NCBI GenBank assembly: GCA_963804165.1
Contig: CAWDPO010000036.1
Span: 32,001 to 96,000 of the forward strand
Length of the DNA stretch: 64,000 nt
Direction: 5' to 3'
Source: an uncultured delta proteobacterium
Lineage (GTDB): Bacteria > Desulfobacterota > Binatia > UBA9968
Below the pieces are notes generated by a model that did no database searches, was not told the origin of the DNA, and saw only the letters and a list, made by a program, of their open reading frames with translations. Every line of letters begins with the position of its first letter. Position 1 is the stretch's first letter. Of the stretch, positions 9,159 through 21,578 are shown one piece after another. The translations under genes were made by a program, and so were the position numbers.

Positions 9159-10166
9159 CTATTTCAGCCGTCCTTCCTTGCGCAGCTCCAGCTGCGCCTG
9201 CTTGAGGATTTTATCGTTGATCACTCGGTCTAGAGTAAAGTTTTTATCGACAACGCCGGCGCGGATGTCTTCGTCGAGCATGATCTGGATGCCGTCATGT
9301 GCCACCGAGAGGTCGGCGGCGTACCCGGGGCTGAAGAGATCGTAGGAGCGATTGATGAGTTCCGGTTCTCCTGGGAGACCGCTGGCGATGCCGATTTGGA
9401 TCGCTTCTTTCTTGTTGTGCTTTGCCACTTGCATTCCCAAAATCATCGCTTTGAGAAAGCGCTTCGACGTCTCGGGGTATTTCTGCAGCATCTCCCCGCG
9501 CGTGACGAGGATACTCTGGGGGATGCGTAACGCCTCGTTCAGGTTCACGATCATCGGGTATCCCTTGTCGAGGAGCCTTATTGTATCCTCGGCCGTGAAA
9601 GGTGCGGCCGAGATGACTCCTCGTTCGAGCGCGATGGCGCGCAACGCGGTTCCGCCGATGGCTCGGAGCGTGACATCGCGATCCGGATCGATATTGTGTC
9701 GCTTGAGGAATATTCTAATTGCGAAATCCGAGTAAGCGCCGGCGCCGGTAACGCCGATGATTTTGCCGCGCAGCTCTTCGATGCTCTTGACTTCTTTGCT
9801 GCCGAGCAAGGTGTAGTTCGTGTAGTTCGATAATGAGGCAAGGATGTGCAGGTCGAGGCCGCGGGCGTTACCGCGGATCGGCGCCTGGGCCCCGCCGATG
9901 CTGCCAAACTCCACGTTGCCGGAGATGAGAGCGGCGATTGCCGTCGGTCCGCCGCGCACAAAGATTTGCTCGACACTCAAACCCTGGTCTTTGAAAAAGC
10001 CTTTGGCGATGGCAATGCGGTAGGGGAGCTGGTTGTTCCACGAGAGACTGACGAAAACGATGCGCAGGTTTTTTTTCTCTTGAGCGTGGATACCCGGAGA
10101 GTCGAAAAATAGGGCGGAGAGGGCCAATAAGACGAACATGAAACTCGAAAATTTGGTTCGGGTCAT
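9159..10166 (-). CDS. ABC substrate-binding protein, SsuA/NMT1 family
   Basis: Signal peptide from MTRTKF; KGFFKDQGL, ELRGKIIGV. Confidence 0.85.
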   Translation of the reverse strand: MTRTKFSSFMFVLLALSALFFDSPGIHAQEKKNLRIVFVSLSWNNQLPYRIAIAKGFFKDQGLSVEQIFVRGGPTAIAALISGNVEFGSIGGAQAPIRGNARGLDLHILASLSNYTNYTLLGSKEVKSIEELRGKIIGVTGAGAYSDFAIRIFLKRHNIDPDRDVTLRAIGGTALRAIALERGVISAAPFTAEDTIRLLDKGYPMIVNLNEALRIPQSILVTRGEMLQKYPETSKRFLKAMILGMQVAKHNKKEAIQIGIASGLPGEPELINRSYDLFSPGYAADLSVAHDGIQIMLDEDIRAGVVDKNFTLDRVINDKILKQAQLELRKEGRLK

Positions 10167-10293
10167 GAGCTGTTCTACCGTTTCACTTTGATGATCGATG
10201 GGCCGATGCCCTTGGCGCGACGGTTCAGCAGTGTCGAGATTGCGCACGCAGACGCGCAGCACTTCGCCTCCCGCTACCGCATCCTGTTGCCCA

Positions 10294-11268
10294 TTAGCGT
10301 TTACTCTCAAGTTCTTCCTTGACCTCGCGCATCAGTTTTAAATTCATCACTTTTTCCGGCGGAATGTCTTCCTTGATTTTAAGAGGAGCCTTGACATCGT
10401 ATTCCATCAAATTCTTGATTCCCTGCGCGGTCGGGAGACCCGGGACGCCTTCCGGCAGCGACTTGGCAAAGCGGCGGATACCTTCGATGACCAAGGGCCG
10501 GGTCATGTTGCCCATGGGAATCTTCTTCATGGCGATATCCGCGGCTTCCTCGGGGCGCTCGCGGATGAACATCAGCGCCCGAGCCATCGGGCGAAGCCAT
10601 CTTTTGATGTCATTTGGCCGTTCGGCGATCATCTTGTCCGTGGCGACAAAACCCTGGAAGGGGTACGGGAACAAATCGCCGACGAACGCGAGGGTACGCA
10701 ATCCTTCCTTCTCGCCGAGCAAAGATTCATCGGCGTTGACTACCGCCGCGCTGAACGCGCCGGTCTTGAGCGATAGTATCGTATTGGTCGTATTGCGCGA
10801 AGGCATCGCCACCCGGCTGATGTCGCGCCCGGAGACTCCTTCGCGCTCCACCAGCATGGTGATGAGCGCGTCCTGGGTATCGCCGACGGTGCCGACGGCC
10901 ACCCGTTTGCCTTTGAGATCGGATATTTTTTGGATATCCGCCGCGGCCAACAGGTACCAAGTCACTTTCTCGGTTTGAAACATTATGGCTTTGATCGGCG
11001 CGCCGCGCAGCGCCGCGCGCATGCCCGTGCCGCCTGCGCCGCTATACTCGACGTTACCGCTCACCAAGGCGGCAATAGCGGTGCTGCCCGGAATAACGAT
11101 TGTTTGGTTGTCCAAACCTTGGTCGCGAAAATAGCCTTTTACCTCGGCGACGGGGACGCTGAGGTAATTCAGCGTCGCTCGCGGAATGACGGTCCTGACT
11201 TGTTCGCCCAAAGCCGCTGATGCCAGTAAACTAACGAACAAGCCGATTGCGATTTGCACCGCCGTCAT
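10294..11268 (-). CDS. ABC substrate-binding protein, SsuA/NMT1 family
   Basis: Signal peptide; KGYFRDQGL, DLKGKRVAV. Confidence 0.85.
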   Translation of the reverse strand: MTAVQIAIGLFVSLLASAALGEQVRTVIPRATLNYLSVPVAEVKGYFRDQGLDNQTIVIPGSTAIAALVSGNVEYSGAGGTGMRAALRGAPIKAIMFQTEKVTWYLLAAADIQKISDLKGKRVAVGTVGDTQDALITMLVEREGVSGRDISRVAMPSRNTTNTILSLKTGAFSAAVVNADESLLGEKEGLRTLAFVGDLFPYPFQGFVATDKMIAERPNDIKRWLRPMARALMFIRERPEEAADIAMKKIPMGNMTRPLVIEGIRRFAKSLPEGVPGLPTAQGIKNLMEYDVKAPLKIKEDIPPEKVMNLKLMREVKEELESKR

Positions 11269-11419
11269 AAGAGTAGGCTCCGATCAGATTACAGTTTCCG
11301 CCGATTCAATACCGGTCGTTAAGCATATAAAGACAAGGCTCAACTTCGTCAAGGACAACGACGGAGCGAATTTGTATAATGCGTTGATAAGTCATACGCA
11401 AAATCGCTGGAGGCAAGCT

Positions 11420-12406
11420 ATGGCAATGGCACGAGTGCTAGTGGAGGAATTTCAACCGGAAGTGCTCAAGTGGCTGCGCGAACGCGTTGAGCTGGTGGTC
11501 ATCAATCCGTGGCTGGAACCGCAGCGCTGGGAATTGGAACTCACCCGCGTCGACGCGGTGATCAGCCGCAAAGGCAAGATCACGCGCGAACAGATGGAAC
11601 GTAACGGCGGGCGTCTCAAGATCATCGCCCGCACAGGCGTCGGCGTCGACCCATCCAGGGTCGATCTCGAAGCCGCCAAGGAGTTCAAGATCTGGGTGAC
11701 CAACCAGCCGGGAAGTAACGCCGTGTCGGTGGCCGAGTTGGTTTTCGGTCAGATGATTGCGCTCGTGCGCCACACTCATGAGGCGCATCGTGCGGTCAAG
11801 GAAGATCGCTGGAGCGATTATCTCAAATTCATCGGCGCCGAGCTTGCGGGCAAGACGATCGGTATCGTGGGACTGGGCAACATCGGCATGCGCGTCGCGC
11901 TGCGCGCCCGCGCATTCGAAATGGACGTTTTGGTCGATGATCCCTACATACCGGAATCCCACGTAACTGCTCTGGGCGGCAAATGGGTCGGACTCGAAGA
12001 GTTGCTGGCGGAGGCGGATTTTGTGACGATTCATTGCCCGCTCAACCGAGAAACGAGAGGCATGATCAGCCGGAAAGATCTCGCGCTCATGAAGCGGTCG
12101 GCATTTCTGATCAATGCGGCGCGCGGCGGTATTATAGACGAGGAGGCTTTGGGCGCGGTCTTGCGCGAAAGGAAGATCGCGGGCGCCGCTTTGGATGTCG
12201 TCGCCGACGAACCGCCGGCTAAAAACCATCCGCTCATTCAACTCGACAACGTGCTCTGGACGCCGCACCTTGGCGCGGTGACCTTGGAAGCGTCCGAACG
12301 CGGCGAGTGGGGCGCTGCGGAAGAGGTGATTCGAGTGCTGGAAAGCAAGCGTCCGAAAAATCCGGTGGTCGATGCCGACGAAGCGAGGTTGCTGCTGCCG
12401 GCTTAG
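11420..12406 (+). CDS. D-isomer-specific 2-hydroxyacid dehydrogenase (SerA-like, no ACT domain)
   Basis: GIVGLGNIG, LINAARGGIIDE, TPHLGA; GGAGG RBS and TATAAT at 11375-11380. Confidence 0.9.
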   Translation: MAMARVLVEEFQPEVLKWLRERVELVVINPWLEPQRWELELTRVDAVISRKGKITREQMERNGGRLKIIARTGVGVDPSRVDLEAAKEFKIWVTNQPGSNAVSVAELVFGQMIALVRHTHEAHRAVKEDRWSDYLKFIGAELAGKTIGIVGLGNIGMRVALRARAFEMDVLVDDPYIPESHVTALGGKWVGLEELLAEADFVTIHCPLNRETRGMISRKDLALMKRSAFLINAARGGIIDEEALGAVLRERKIAGAALDVVADEPPAKNHPLIQLDNVLWTPHLGAVTLEASERGEWGAAEEVIRVLESKRPKNPVVDADEARLLLPA

Positions 12407-12411
12407 CTCAA

Positions 12412-12483
12412 AGTGAGGAGCGAGAAGTCAGGAGTGAGCAGTGAGATCCTAACCCCCTGACTCCTCACTCTTTACTCCTCACT
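12412..12483. repeat. Palindrome of tandem heptamers (AGTGAGG)n/(CCTCACT)n between convergent genes
   Basis: Five AGTGAGN-like units face four CCTCACT-like units. Confidence 0.8.
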
Positions 12484-13624
12484 TTTTGATCGAGCGGCGG
12501 AGGGTTTCCTTGATCGCTGGCGGCATGCTGAGGAAGTCTGCGACGATAGCTTGAATGGACGCGCCGAAGATCGGCGTGATTTCCAGCTTGCTTTTCTCGG
12601 CGTCCGCTAAGAAATTCTTATCGCTAAAGGTTTTTACAAACGCAGCCTCAAGAGCGGCCGCGCGCTCGGCCGAGACGCCCGGCGGCAGCATATAGACCTT
12701 GCCGAATTGATTGGGTGCGCTCGTGCCGTAGCGCAGCAGCGACCTGTGCGTCTCGTCTTTCGTCAGCTCAGGGATAGTCGGAATGCCGTTCGTGGGGAGA
12801 TCTCGCAGTGGCTGATCAGTCAACTGAGCGAGCACCAGCCATTCTCCCGACTTGAACTTGTCCAAAGCTGTGGGCTTGATCGTGCTCCAGGGATTGAAAA
12901 ATCCGCCGATCTCGCCTGCGTCGATCGCCAAACGGATATCGGCGCTGCCCTTGTAACCGGAAACGATTTTCATGTTCGCGTTCAGGAGCGTCGCGCAGCA
13001 GGGCCGGAGCGTGCTCCAGCGTCGAATTGGGTATCGCGCCGATTATGGTTTGCTTGGCATTGGGTCCGATGACTTCGCTGAATTTCGTGATGCCGGACTG
13101 CCGCGCGACGATCATCACATAGGTTTCATTCACCGGCACCGCCAGATAGCGAAACTTCGCCATGTCGAAGTGCACTCCCGAGCTTTCGAAGAGCTGCTCG
13201 AGAATCGCCGCGCCGTTGAGCATGCCGATCTCCGTGCCGTCCTTGGCGCCGCTGTTGAAAATGTGGTTGCCGGCGATGATGCTGCCCGCGCCGGGCATAT
13301 TACTGACGGCGAGAGTGGGATTGCCCGGGATAAAGCGGCCGAGATGACGCGCGATCAAACGCGAATAAACATCGGCGCCGCCGCCCGGCGGAAAGCCGAC
13401 GACGATGCGCACGATCTTGCCACGATAGAAATCCGCCGCTGCGCGTTCATTGAACGTTGCGGCGGTCGGGTTTTGTGTTGGCAGTGTGGGCGCCGGCAGA
13501 TATAGTGAAAGCCAGAAAAAGCAGCGACAAAAAGATTTGGCAGCTGCGACTCACGGGCCTTTAGCAGGCGGCCTGTCTCAATCGAGCCATTCAAATTAGC
13601 GTTAACAAAATTCGTAGCGGTCAT
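12479..13624 (-). CDS. Bug/TctC tripartite tricarboxylate transporter receptor, frameshifted (start uncertain)
   Basis: IVVGFPPGGGADVYSR, NMPGAGS, then VSGYKGSADIRLAIDAGE in another frame. Confidence 0.75.
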
Positions 13625-13639
13625 CTGAGTTTCGCTCCC

Positions 13640-13743
13640 GTCATCCTGAGCCGGAGGCGAAGGATCTGCTTTTATCGGGCTGAAAGCAGATCCTTCGTCG
13701 CAGAGTTTACGCTGAGCAAAGTCGAAGGGCTCCTCAGGATGAC
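13640..13743. repeat. REP-like palindrome GTCATCCTGAG...CTCAGGATGAC with internal CTGAGC..GTCGAAGGG insert
   Basis: Left arm nearly identical to 4482-4509. Confidence 0.85.
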
Positions 13744-13832
13744 ATGCTTCAGCAATTTATTGTTAGTTTGACGAATAGCTTAGTGAAGTGGCGGTTTAAC
13801 GCCGAAGTCGCCGAACGGTAACTGATACGGTT

Positions 13833-14542
13833 TTATCGCAGCGCGCCTTTGCCGACTTCGACCGTGCCGTTTTGGCGCAAGCGCACCACGTTGACGGTTC
13901 CGGTGTATTCCGGCGAGCCGGAGTAATGGGCGGAGATCTTGCCATCGCCGACCGGAGTCGACTGGTTCCAATGTCCGAGGGCGACGTAGTCGGCGCCGGT
14001 GGCGGCGAGCTCTTCAGGATGAATCAGCCAGGAGCCGATCAGCCGATTCGGATCGCGCTCTTGATCGACGTAATGACCGTGGGCTGCGGCAAGCTGCCAG
14101 CGCGTTGTGCGCGGGCGCGGGTTGGCCAGCGGCGACATGTCGGTGTAATCGAAATGCGCGTGGCCCCAGATTTCCAACTCAAACTCGTCGAAGATGGCCG
14201 CGTGCTCGACGTTCAGGCCGAGAATACGGACATTGGGGATTAGCCCGAGTCCGGCTCGACGATAGACCGAGTCGGGAGTGAGCGGGTCGTGATTCCCCGG
14301 CAAGATGACTACAGGGTTTCGGTATTCGCGCAGCATTTGTGCGGCGCGTTCGAGCAGCTCAATCGGCTGGCGATGGTTGTCAAACGAATCGCCGGCGAGC
14401 AAGACCACGTCCGCCCGACGTCCGCGGCTGCCGTCAATACCTTTGGTAGCACGGCCAATCGATCTTTGTCGCTGAAGCTGTCATCCGTGCCAAGATGAAG
14501 ATCCGAACTGTGAACGATCGTTACTTCTGGGTGTGAAGCCAT
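13833..14542 (-). CDS. SbcD/Mre11-like metallophosphoesterase, one frameshift near 14410
   Basis: HSSDLHLG, AGDSFD, PGNHD, AHGH, ALGHW, YSGSPE across two frames. Confidence 0.8.
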
Positions 14543-14615
14543 GGCTGCATCCCGATGAATTATCTCGTTAACGCTATCAAATAGGGGCAAGAAAATGAAA
14601 GCGAAGGCCAGAAAC

Positions 14616-14643
14616 AGCAACGGGCCGCGAGGCGGCCCGTTGC
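14616..14643. terminator. GC-rich hairpin, likely terminator
   Basis: GCAACGGGCCGC-GAG-GCGGCCCGTTGC downstream of the 14983 gene. Confidence 0.55.
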
Positions 14644-14676
14644 CAGGAGCGAGTGGAAGGAGTTGTTTAAGAATGA

Positions 14677-14983
14677 TTACTTGGTCTTGGCTTCAGTTTT
14701 GGCCTTGGCTTTATCGTGTCTTAGCCTTGGTCGGTTCCTTACCCTCGATGCTGGTGGCGGTCATCTTGTATTTGATCATCACCCGATCGCCCTTTTTGAT
14801 ATCGCCGCTGGTCTTTGTGTTTTTGTCCCGGGCGATTTCCCAGTTTTCAGTGCCCTTTTTGACGATGATGACATCGTCTTTAACATCGATCACAGGCCCG
14901 GTAACCTGATAATCCTTTGCTATGGCCAACGATGCCGCGCTTAAAAAAAGCGCCGCGACAAAAAATCCAAATGTACGTTTCAT
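14677..14983 (-). CDS. Small secreted protein (beta-rich, Lys-rich tail)
   Basis: Signal peptide, AGGAGG RBS; ORF stops at 14711 but a shifted frame continues DKAKAKTEAKTK* to 14677. Confidence 0.75.
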
Positions 14984-15234
14984 GGGCTTTGCCTCCTTAG
15001 GTTAATGGACTGGTTAGTTGGTTCAATCGCTCTTGTTTCCGTTAGTCAGAACGGTCTTGATTCTTAGCGTTGCTTATAGCGCGAAAATTCGTGAATGAGA
15101 AATTGAAAAATGCGCAAAGTGATAAAATCAGGACGAAAACTCAGCCTTGCGAGGACCTTGTGGGAGAACCGATCGGAAAGCCAGGCTGATATTTAGAATT
15201 ACCGAATACGCGAACTACTTGGCTGGCACTTTCC

Positions 15235-15264
15235 TGAGCAAGGCGGGGAGGGCCGCCTTGCTCA
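15235..15264. terminator. Hairpin, likely terminator
   Basis: TGAGCAAGGCGG-loop-CCGCCTTGCTCA just after the inferred stop at 15286. Confidence 0.6.
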
Positions 15265-15285
15265 CGACGAACGTGAATCGAAGAC

Positions 15286-15476
15286 TTACTTCTTTTCTCT
15301 TCTTTGGACTTTTCGCTCTTGGTCGTCTCGCCCTTTTCGCTCTTCGACTTTTCGCCCTTGGACTTTTCACCCTTTTCCGATTTCTCGGATTTGGACTTTT
15401 CATCCTTCACATCTGCGGCATAGGCGGCGGATGCCAGGAACATGGAAGCAACTAATACACCTAGAAAACGTTTCAT
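15286..15476 (-). CDS. Small secreted Lys/Glu/Ser low-complexity protein
   Basis: MKRFLGVLVASMFLASAAYAA + EKSK/EKG repeats; TAA at 15286-15288 needs a 1-nt correction in an A run. Confidence 0.65.
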
Positions 15477-15710
15477 TAGGTAATCCCCCTTCGTGGATTT
15501 GTGTTGTTTACTGTTGGAACGAAAAAAAATCATCGTATCGCCCTCCACTCGATACGGCCTCAATTTTTTCGTTCTGCTGACTTGGACGCGTGACTACGAC
15601 TTTTCATTCACGCCGGTTGTGGTTTATATATGAAGTAATTGATTTACTCAAGGCTAAAGTCGTAGCCATGCGAGGTTAACTTCGCGATAAATAAGGGGGA
15701 GGGTTAGGAA

Positions 15711-17168
<1,458 letters not shown>

Positions 17169-17191
17169 GGAGTTGAATTCACCAGAAGAAC

Positions 17192-17331
17192 AAATCCAAA
17201 ATTCGAAATCCAAAACAATTTCGAATCTCGGAAAACGAAATTCCTAGACAAACGCAATCCGGGTTTGAGGGTTTACAACTGGAATTTAGGCATTCATTTT
17301 GTTCGGATTTCCAGCTTCGGACTTCGAAATT
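17192..17331. repeat. Degenerate heptamer-repeat palindrome (AAATCCA/AAATTCG ... CGGATTT)
   Basis: Tandem AAATyCr units with complementary units ~100 bp downstream, between convergent genes. Confidence 0.65.
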
Positions 17332-17346
17332 GCCGATGAAAGGTCG

Positions 17347-18519
17347 TTACGGTCGCTCGGCCGCCAACGGTTCGTAAATCGTGTTGCCGCGCACGGCAAA
17401 TACCGGCGTGATCGTCTGGTGTGCGGGAATCGTGCCTTTCTGCGAGTCGATGGCTCTCCACTCTCGATCGTCGATTTTCAACACGGAAATTTCCGCCGGC
17501 TGACCAACGTGGAGAGTTCCCATCTCCGCTGACCGTCCGAGCAGCTTCGCTGCATTCGCCGTCGCCATTTCGATTACCTGATTCAACGAGAATCCCAGCG
17601 CCATCAGTTTCGCCATCGTCGTCGGCAGATCGTACACGGGTCCAGCGCGGTTGCCGCGGTGGCCGTCGGTGGAGACACCGTCGGGATGGAGACCTTGATC
17701 GAGGACTTTGCGCGCAACATCGAAATTCAAATTGTGTAACCCATGGCCGACGTCCATCAGGACGCCGGATTCTTTGGCGTCGCGCACCTGCGGCCAGAGT
17801 TTGCCGTTGCCGTCGAGCAAACCGCCCGGATGGACTGTGAACATATGCGTGACGATATCGCCGGCGCGCAAATATTTAAGCACGTCGCCGACGTGCACGG
17901 GCGCGGTGTCTTTCGTCCAGCTCTCGCCGACGTGCACGAGCAGCGGCAGTTTCAAAGAGTCGCCGAGCTTGCGCGCTCGCTCCAGCGGCTTCAGCCCCTG
18001 CGAGCCGAGCGCGCCGCCGGTGGCCATGATTTTTATCCCGACAATGATATCGCGATTGGCTTCGACCGCTTGCTCGATCTTGGCCTCATCGATCAGCCGG
18101 GGATCGGCGAGAATGCTGTAGCCGGGACCGCTAACGCCGCCGAGCGTGGAAAGATTGATGTAGTTCAGCACGCGCGTTTTGGCATTGTCGGTCACATAAT
18201 TGCGAAAGACATTCAGCAGTGTGTGACCTGCGCTGCCCGCGTCGACTACAGTGGTTACGCCTGAGCCAACGCCGAAAATATCCGGATCGACGCCGAAAGC
18301 GCCGAGCCCTTTCATCAAATGTAGATGAACGTCGATCAATCCCGGCGTGACGACGTGATCTTTGACATCGATCACCGTCGCGCCGTCGGCTTCCAGATTC
18401 GAACTGATCGCGTTGACCTTTCCGTCGACCACACGGACGTCTAAAATGCCATTCCTGCCCGCCGCGGGATCGATCAGACGGCCGCCTTTGAGCAGAAAAT
18501 TAGTCGACTGTTGATTCAT
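17347..18519 (-). CDS. Amidohydrolase/deacetylase family metallohydrolase (dihydroorotase-like)
   Basis: PGLIDVHLH, GVTTVVDAGSAG, GIKIM, DVGHG, STDGH. Confidence 0.85.
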   Translation of the reverse strand: MNQQSTNFLLKGGRLIDPAAGRNGILDVRVVDGKVNAISSNLEADGATVIDVKDHVVTPGLIDVHLHLMKGLGAFGVDPDIFGVGSGVTTVVDAGSAGHTLLNVFRNYVTDNAKTRVLNYINLSTLGGVSGPGYSILADPRLIDEAKIEQAVEANRDIIVGIKIMATGGALGSQGLKPLERARKLGDSLKLPLLVHVGESWTKDTAPVHVGDVLKYLRAGDIVTHMFTVHPGGLLDGNGKLWPQVRDAKESGVLMDVGHGLHNLNFDVARKVLDQGLHPDGVSTDGHRGNRAGPVYDLPTTMAKLMALGFSLNQVIEMATANAAKLLGRSAEMGTLHVGQPAEISVLKIDDREWRAIDSQKGTIPAHQTITPVFAVRGNTIYEPLAAERP

Positions 18520-18529
18520 AGCCCAAGGT

Positions 18530-18595
18530 CTCGTGGTCGTGTTCGTGACTCGTGTTCGCTGGATGGAGTTCCGCAAGCACGCTCACGATCACGAC
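18530..18595. repeat. Hexamer-repeat palindrome (NTCGTG)n/(CACGNN)n
   Basis: CTCGTG GTCGTG TTCGTG ... CACGCT CACGAT CACGAC. Confidence 0.6.
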
Positions 18596-18596
18596 A

Positions 18597-19771
18597 TCAC
18601 GTCGTGTAATATGCGTTTTCCTTAATATAGCCCTCGGTCAGATCGCAGCCCCAGACACGCGCGCCGGCTTTGCCGATGCCGAGGTTGACCCCGATCGTCA
18701 CTTCAGATTGTCCGAGATATCGCCGTAGCGCTTCGAGATCGCAATCCACGGGAGAGCCTTTTTTGAAAACATTCGTATCGCCGAAACGGATGGTCACCTT
18801 TGCCGGCTCGACCGTCGGATCAAAAGTTTTGCCGACCGCCATGATCACACGGCCCCAATTGGGATCACAACCGTACACAGCGGTTTTCACCAGTGGCGAA
18901 TTCACGACAGTCTTCGCGACGCGCTTTGCCTGGGTTGCCGACTTGGCGCCCTTGACGTCTACGGTGATCAGTTTGGTCGCGCCCTCGCCGCTGCGCGCGA
19001 TTTCCTTGGTGAGATACTCGCACACCTGCAACAATGCTTTTTCGAACTGCGCGAGTTTCACACTGCCGGCAAGACCGTTGGCCATCAACACCACGGTGTC
19101 GCTGGTGCTGGTGTCGGTGTCGATGCTCATCGAATTGAACGTCCGATCGACGACCCGGCGCAGCATCGGGCGCATCGCCGCTTTCGGCAACTCAGCATCG
19201 GTCATCAAGTAAACGAGCATCGTCGCCATGTTCGGCTCGATCATACCCGCCCCTTTGGCAATACCGGCGATGACCGCGGAACCGACCCGACACGAAAAGT
19301 ATTTTGGATACTTGTCCGTCGTCATGATCGCTTCGGCGGCGAGCTTCAGATTGTTCGGCTTCAATTCGCTCTCGAATGCCGCGTAGCCCCGCGCGGATTT
19401 TATCCATCGGCAACGGGCGGCCGATCACGCCGGTGGAAAACGGCAAAACGTCGTAGGAATCTGATGCCCAGCTCTTCACCGACGATGCGACAGGTCTCGA
19501 TGGCGTTATCGATGCCCTGCTTGCCCATCGCCACGTTGGCGTTCTTGCTGTTGATCACCAATGCCTGAGCAAATCCGTTGGCGATGTGCTTGCGCCCGAC
19601 AATGACCGGCGCGCCGGGGAAACGATTGCGCGTGAACATCGCCGCCGCGCGCGCGCGGACGGTCGAGTAGATGACGGTTAGATCAAGCGTGCTGTCCTTG
19701 ATGCCGACGTTTTTCGCCAACGATAGAAAACCTTGAGGATGATGAAACTCTGCGGGCGGATTGTGTTGCAT
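18597..19771 (-). CDS. argJ: Ornithine acetyltransferase ArgJ, frameshifted (three frames)
   Basis: FTRN, NSKNAN, STGVIG, IMTTD, KGAGMIEPNMATML, DTDTSTSD, WGCDLT. Confidence 0.9.
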
Positions 19772-19899
19772 TGTTAACTGACGACTCCTAAATCATTTCC
19801 GACTTGAAGCAGAGACTAGCATAGAGAATCGATTAAACGGAATAGAATTGGAGGCGTATATCGTCGAGCCGGCGCGGCTAATATTCGGAAGGAACGCCG

Positions 19900-20622
19900 T
19901 CACCTAGGCGTACGCACTCTGCACACGAAATAAAGCCGTTCCGACCGATCCGAGGCCTTCGCACCGAAAGGATCGAGCACTTTGACTTCCTTAAAATGAC
20001 TCTGCAGGGAACTAACGATTTGTTGTTTTGGAAAGGCGATCTCACTGATCTTTTCGTGGAACAAACTGTAACTATTCCCATTTTGACGTTCAAAGATTTT
20101 GACATCCCATTCGAATGCTCCTCGTCGTCCCCCGGTCACTTTGACAATGGCCAGATCGTGACCGATCCATCTCTCCCAGGCGGGACCATTGACGAGCCGT
20201 TGTAGTTTGCCGAGTGTGTTGACGTCAAAAATAAAAACGCCGTCGTCTTTTAAATGCAATGCAACACGGCAAAATACTTTTCGCCAATCCGCGAAGCGGA
20301 GCAGGTGATTGATCGAGTCGAATACGCAAACGATTGCGTCAAATTGTCGTGCAATGTGGAAGCTGGTCATGTCTTGGCGGAAGAAGCGCACGTGCGGCAG
20401 CTTCTTCCGGGCGATGGCGAGCATCGGACGAGAACAATCGAGGCCGGTGACGTCATAAGACGCCGAGAGAATGCCCAATATGCCGCCGGTGCCGCAGGCG
20501 ATCTCCAAAACGGTTTTTGCCTGTGGACTGTAACGGTTGGTCAAGCTGCGAATATAAGTCGCGGCCTCCGAACGATCGCCCATAACCCGGTCATAAAATC
20601 GGTAGAATTTGTCGTAGGACAT
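19900..20622 (-). CDS. Class I SAM-dependent methyltransferase
   Basis: VLEIACGTG, GLD, FDSINH. Confidence 0.88.
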   Translation of the reverse strand: MSYDKFYRFYDRVMGDRSEAATYIRSLTNRYSPQAKTVLEIACGTGGILGILSASYDVTGLDCSRPMLAIARKKLPHVRFFRQDMTSFHIARQFDAIVCVFDSINHLLRFADWRKVFCRVALHLKDDGVFIFDVNTLGKLQRLVNGPAWERWIGHDLAIVKVTGGRRGAFEWDVKIFERQNGNSYSLFHEKISEIAFPKQQIVSSLQSHFKEVKVLDPFGAKASDRSERLYFVCRVRTPR

Positions 20623-20624
20623 TC

Positions 20625-20730
20625 GAGATTACGCGGTTTCGGCGTCGGCCTTTCTGAATGAACCCCAGCTGCAGATATAATCGAATCGCTCTTTCATTGG
20701 CGGTTTCTCTTTGCACTGCCATTAGATGGG
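20625..20730 (-). pseudogene. C-terminal remnant of a RimI-like GNAT
   Basis: NERAIRLYLQLGFIQKGRRRN motif with no intact N-terminus. Confidence 0.45.
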
Positions 20731-20866
20731 TGCGTCTTCGTGACAAGCTTCTCGAACAAGTATGCTTAACATTCATTTACCGAGGAAGGAATTCTAGAGG
20801 CGCAAAGGTAATAAAAGTCTAATCGGTGTGCTTCCATATCTGGGCGAGGAGGACGAATCATCAGTT

Positions 20867-21547
20867 TCAGTGCTGAACTTGGCTCACCATGCTCTGGCCA
20901 GGGCAATAGACATAAGTGTGGCGGTCATAAGTTTTCTTGCCGGATCGATCCGTGGCGGTCCAGTAAATTTCCAGGCAATGCAGCGTGCCCTGATAACTGA
21001 AATCGATGCGCTGGATGGTTATGGTCTCCACTCGTTCCGTTACGGTTGTGTCCCAGACCTTATAGGTGAAAGTTTTCGACTCGCCTTCCTTCCACAAGCC
21101 CAGGGAAAACTTCAATCCGCCGGAATATGTCCGCGTATCTCGGCCCGGCCTGCCGTCAAACAGCCGACCGAGGCCGGTTTGGTTTTGATTGATTGTGAAG
21201 AGCTGTGTCTTGTCTTCGCCCTTTCTCTCGTCGGGATTGATTCTTTCGTAAACCGTCGCTGTCTGCCCGATCACAGGATGTTTCCACTCCGTCGGTCCTT
21301 TGATGTAATACGTTGAAGTACGGTGGCGATACGTGCCGTCGACCGGCGTCATTCTCAATTCTCTTTTCCCGTCCCAGTCCACTCCCGTCCAGAGCTCGAC
21401 CGGGATGTAGCGTTCCTTGGTTTGAGGATTGATCGAATCCCCCCAAACATTGGATTCGGCGGCGCATACGGAAGTCGGCGCCAATAAGACGAGGCTCATT
21501 AGCGAAAGAGCCAGTGACGTGTTCAACCGATTTATCAGAACGTTCAT
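20867..21547 (-). CDS. Secreted hypothetical protein
   Basis: Signal peptide, 226 aa open frame, no recognised motif. Confidence 0.7.
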   Translation of the reverse strand: MNVLINRLNTSLALSLMSLVLLAPTSVCAAESNVWGDSINPQTKERYIPVELWTGVDWDGKRELRMTPVDGTYRHRTSTYYIKGPTEWKHPVIGQTATVYERINPDERKGEDKTQLFTINQNQTGLGRLFDGRPGRDTRTYSGGLKFSLGLWKEGESKTFTYKVWDTTVTERVETITIQRIDFSYQGTLHCLEIYWTATDRSGKKTYDRHTYVYCPGQSMVSQVQH

Positions 21548-21578
21548 GGCTTTCTTCCAATCGAAGGGAACCCTCGGT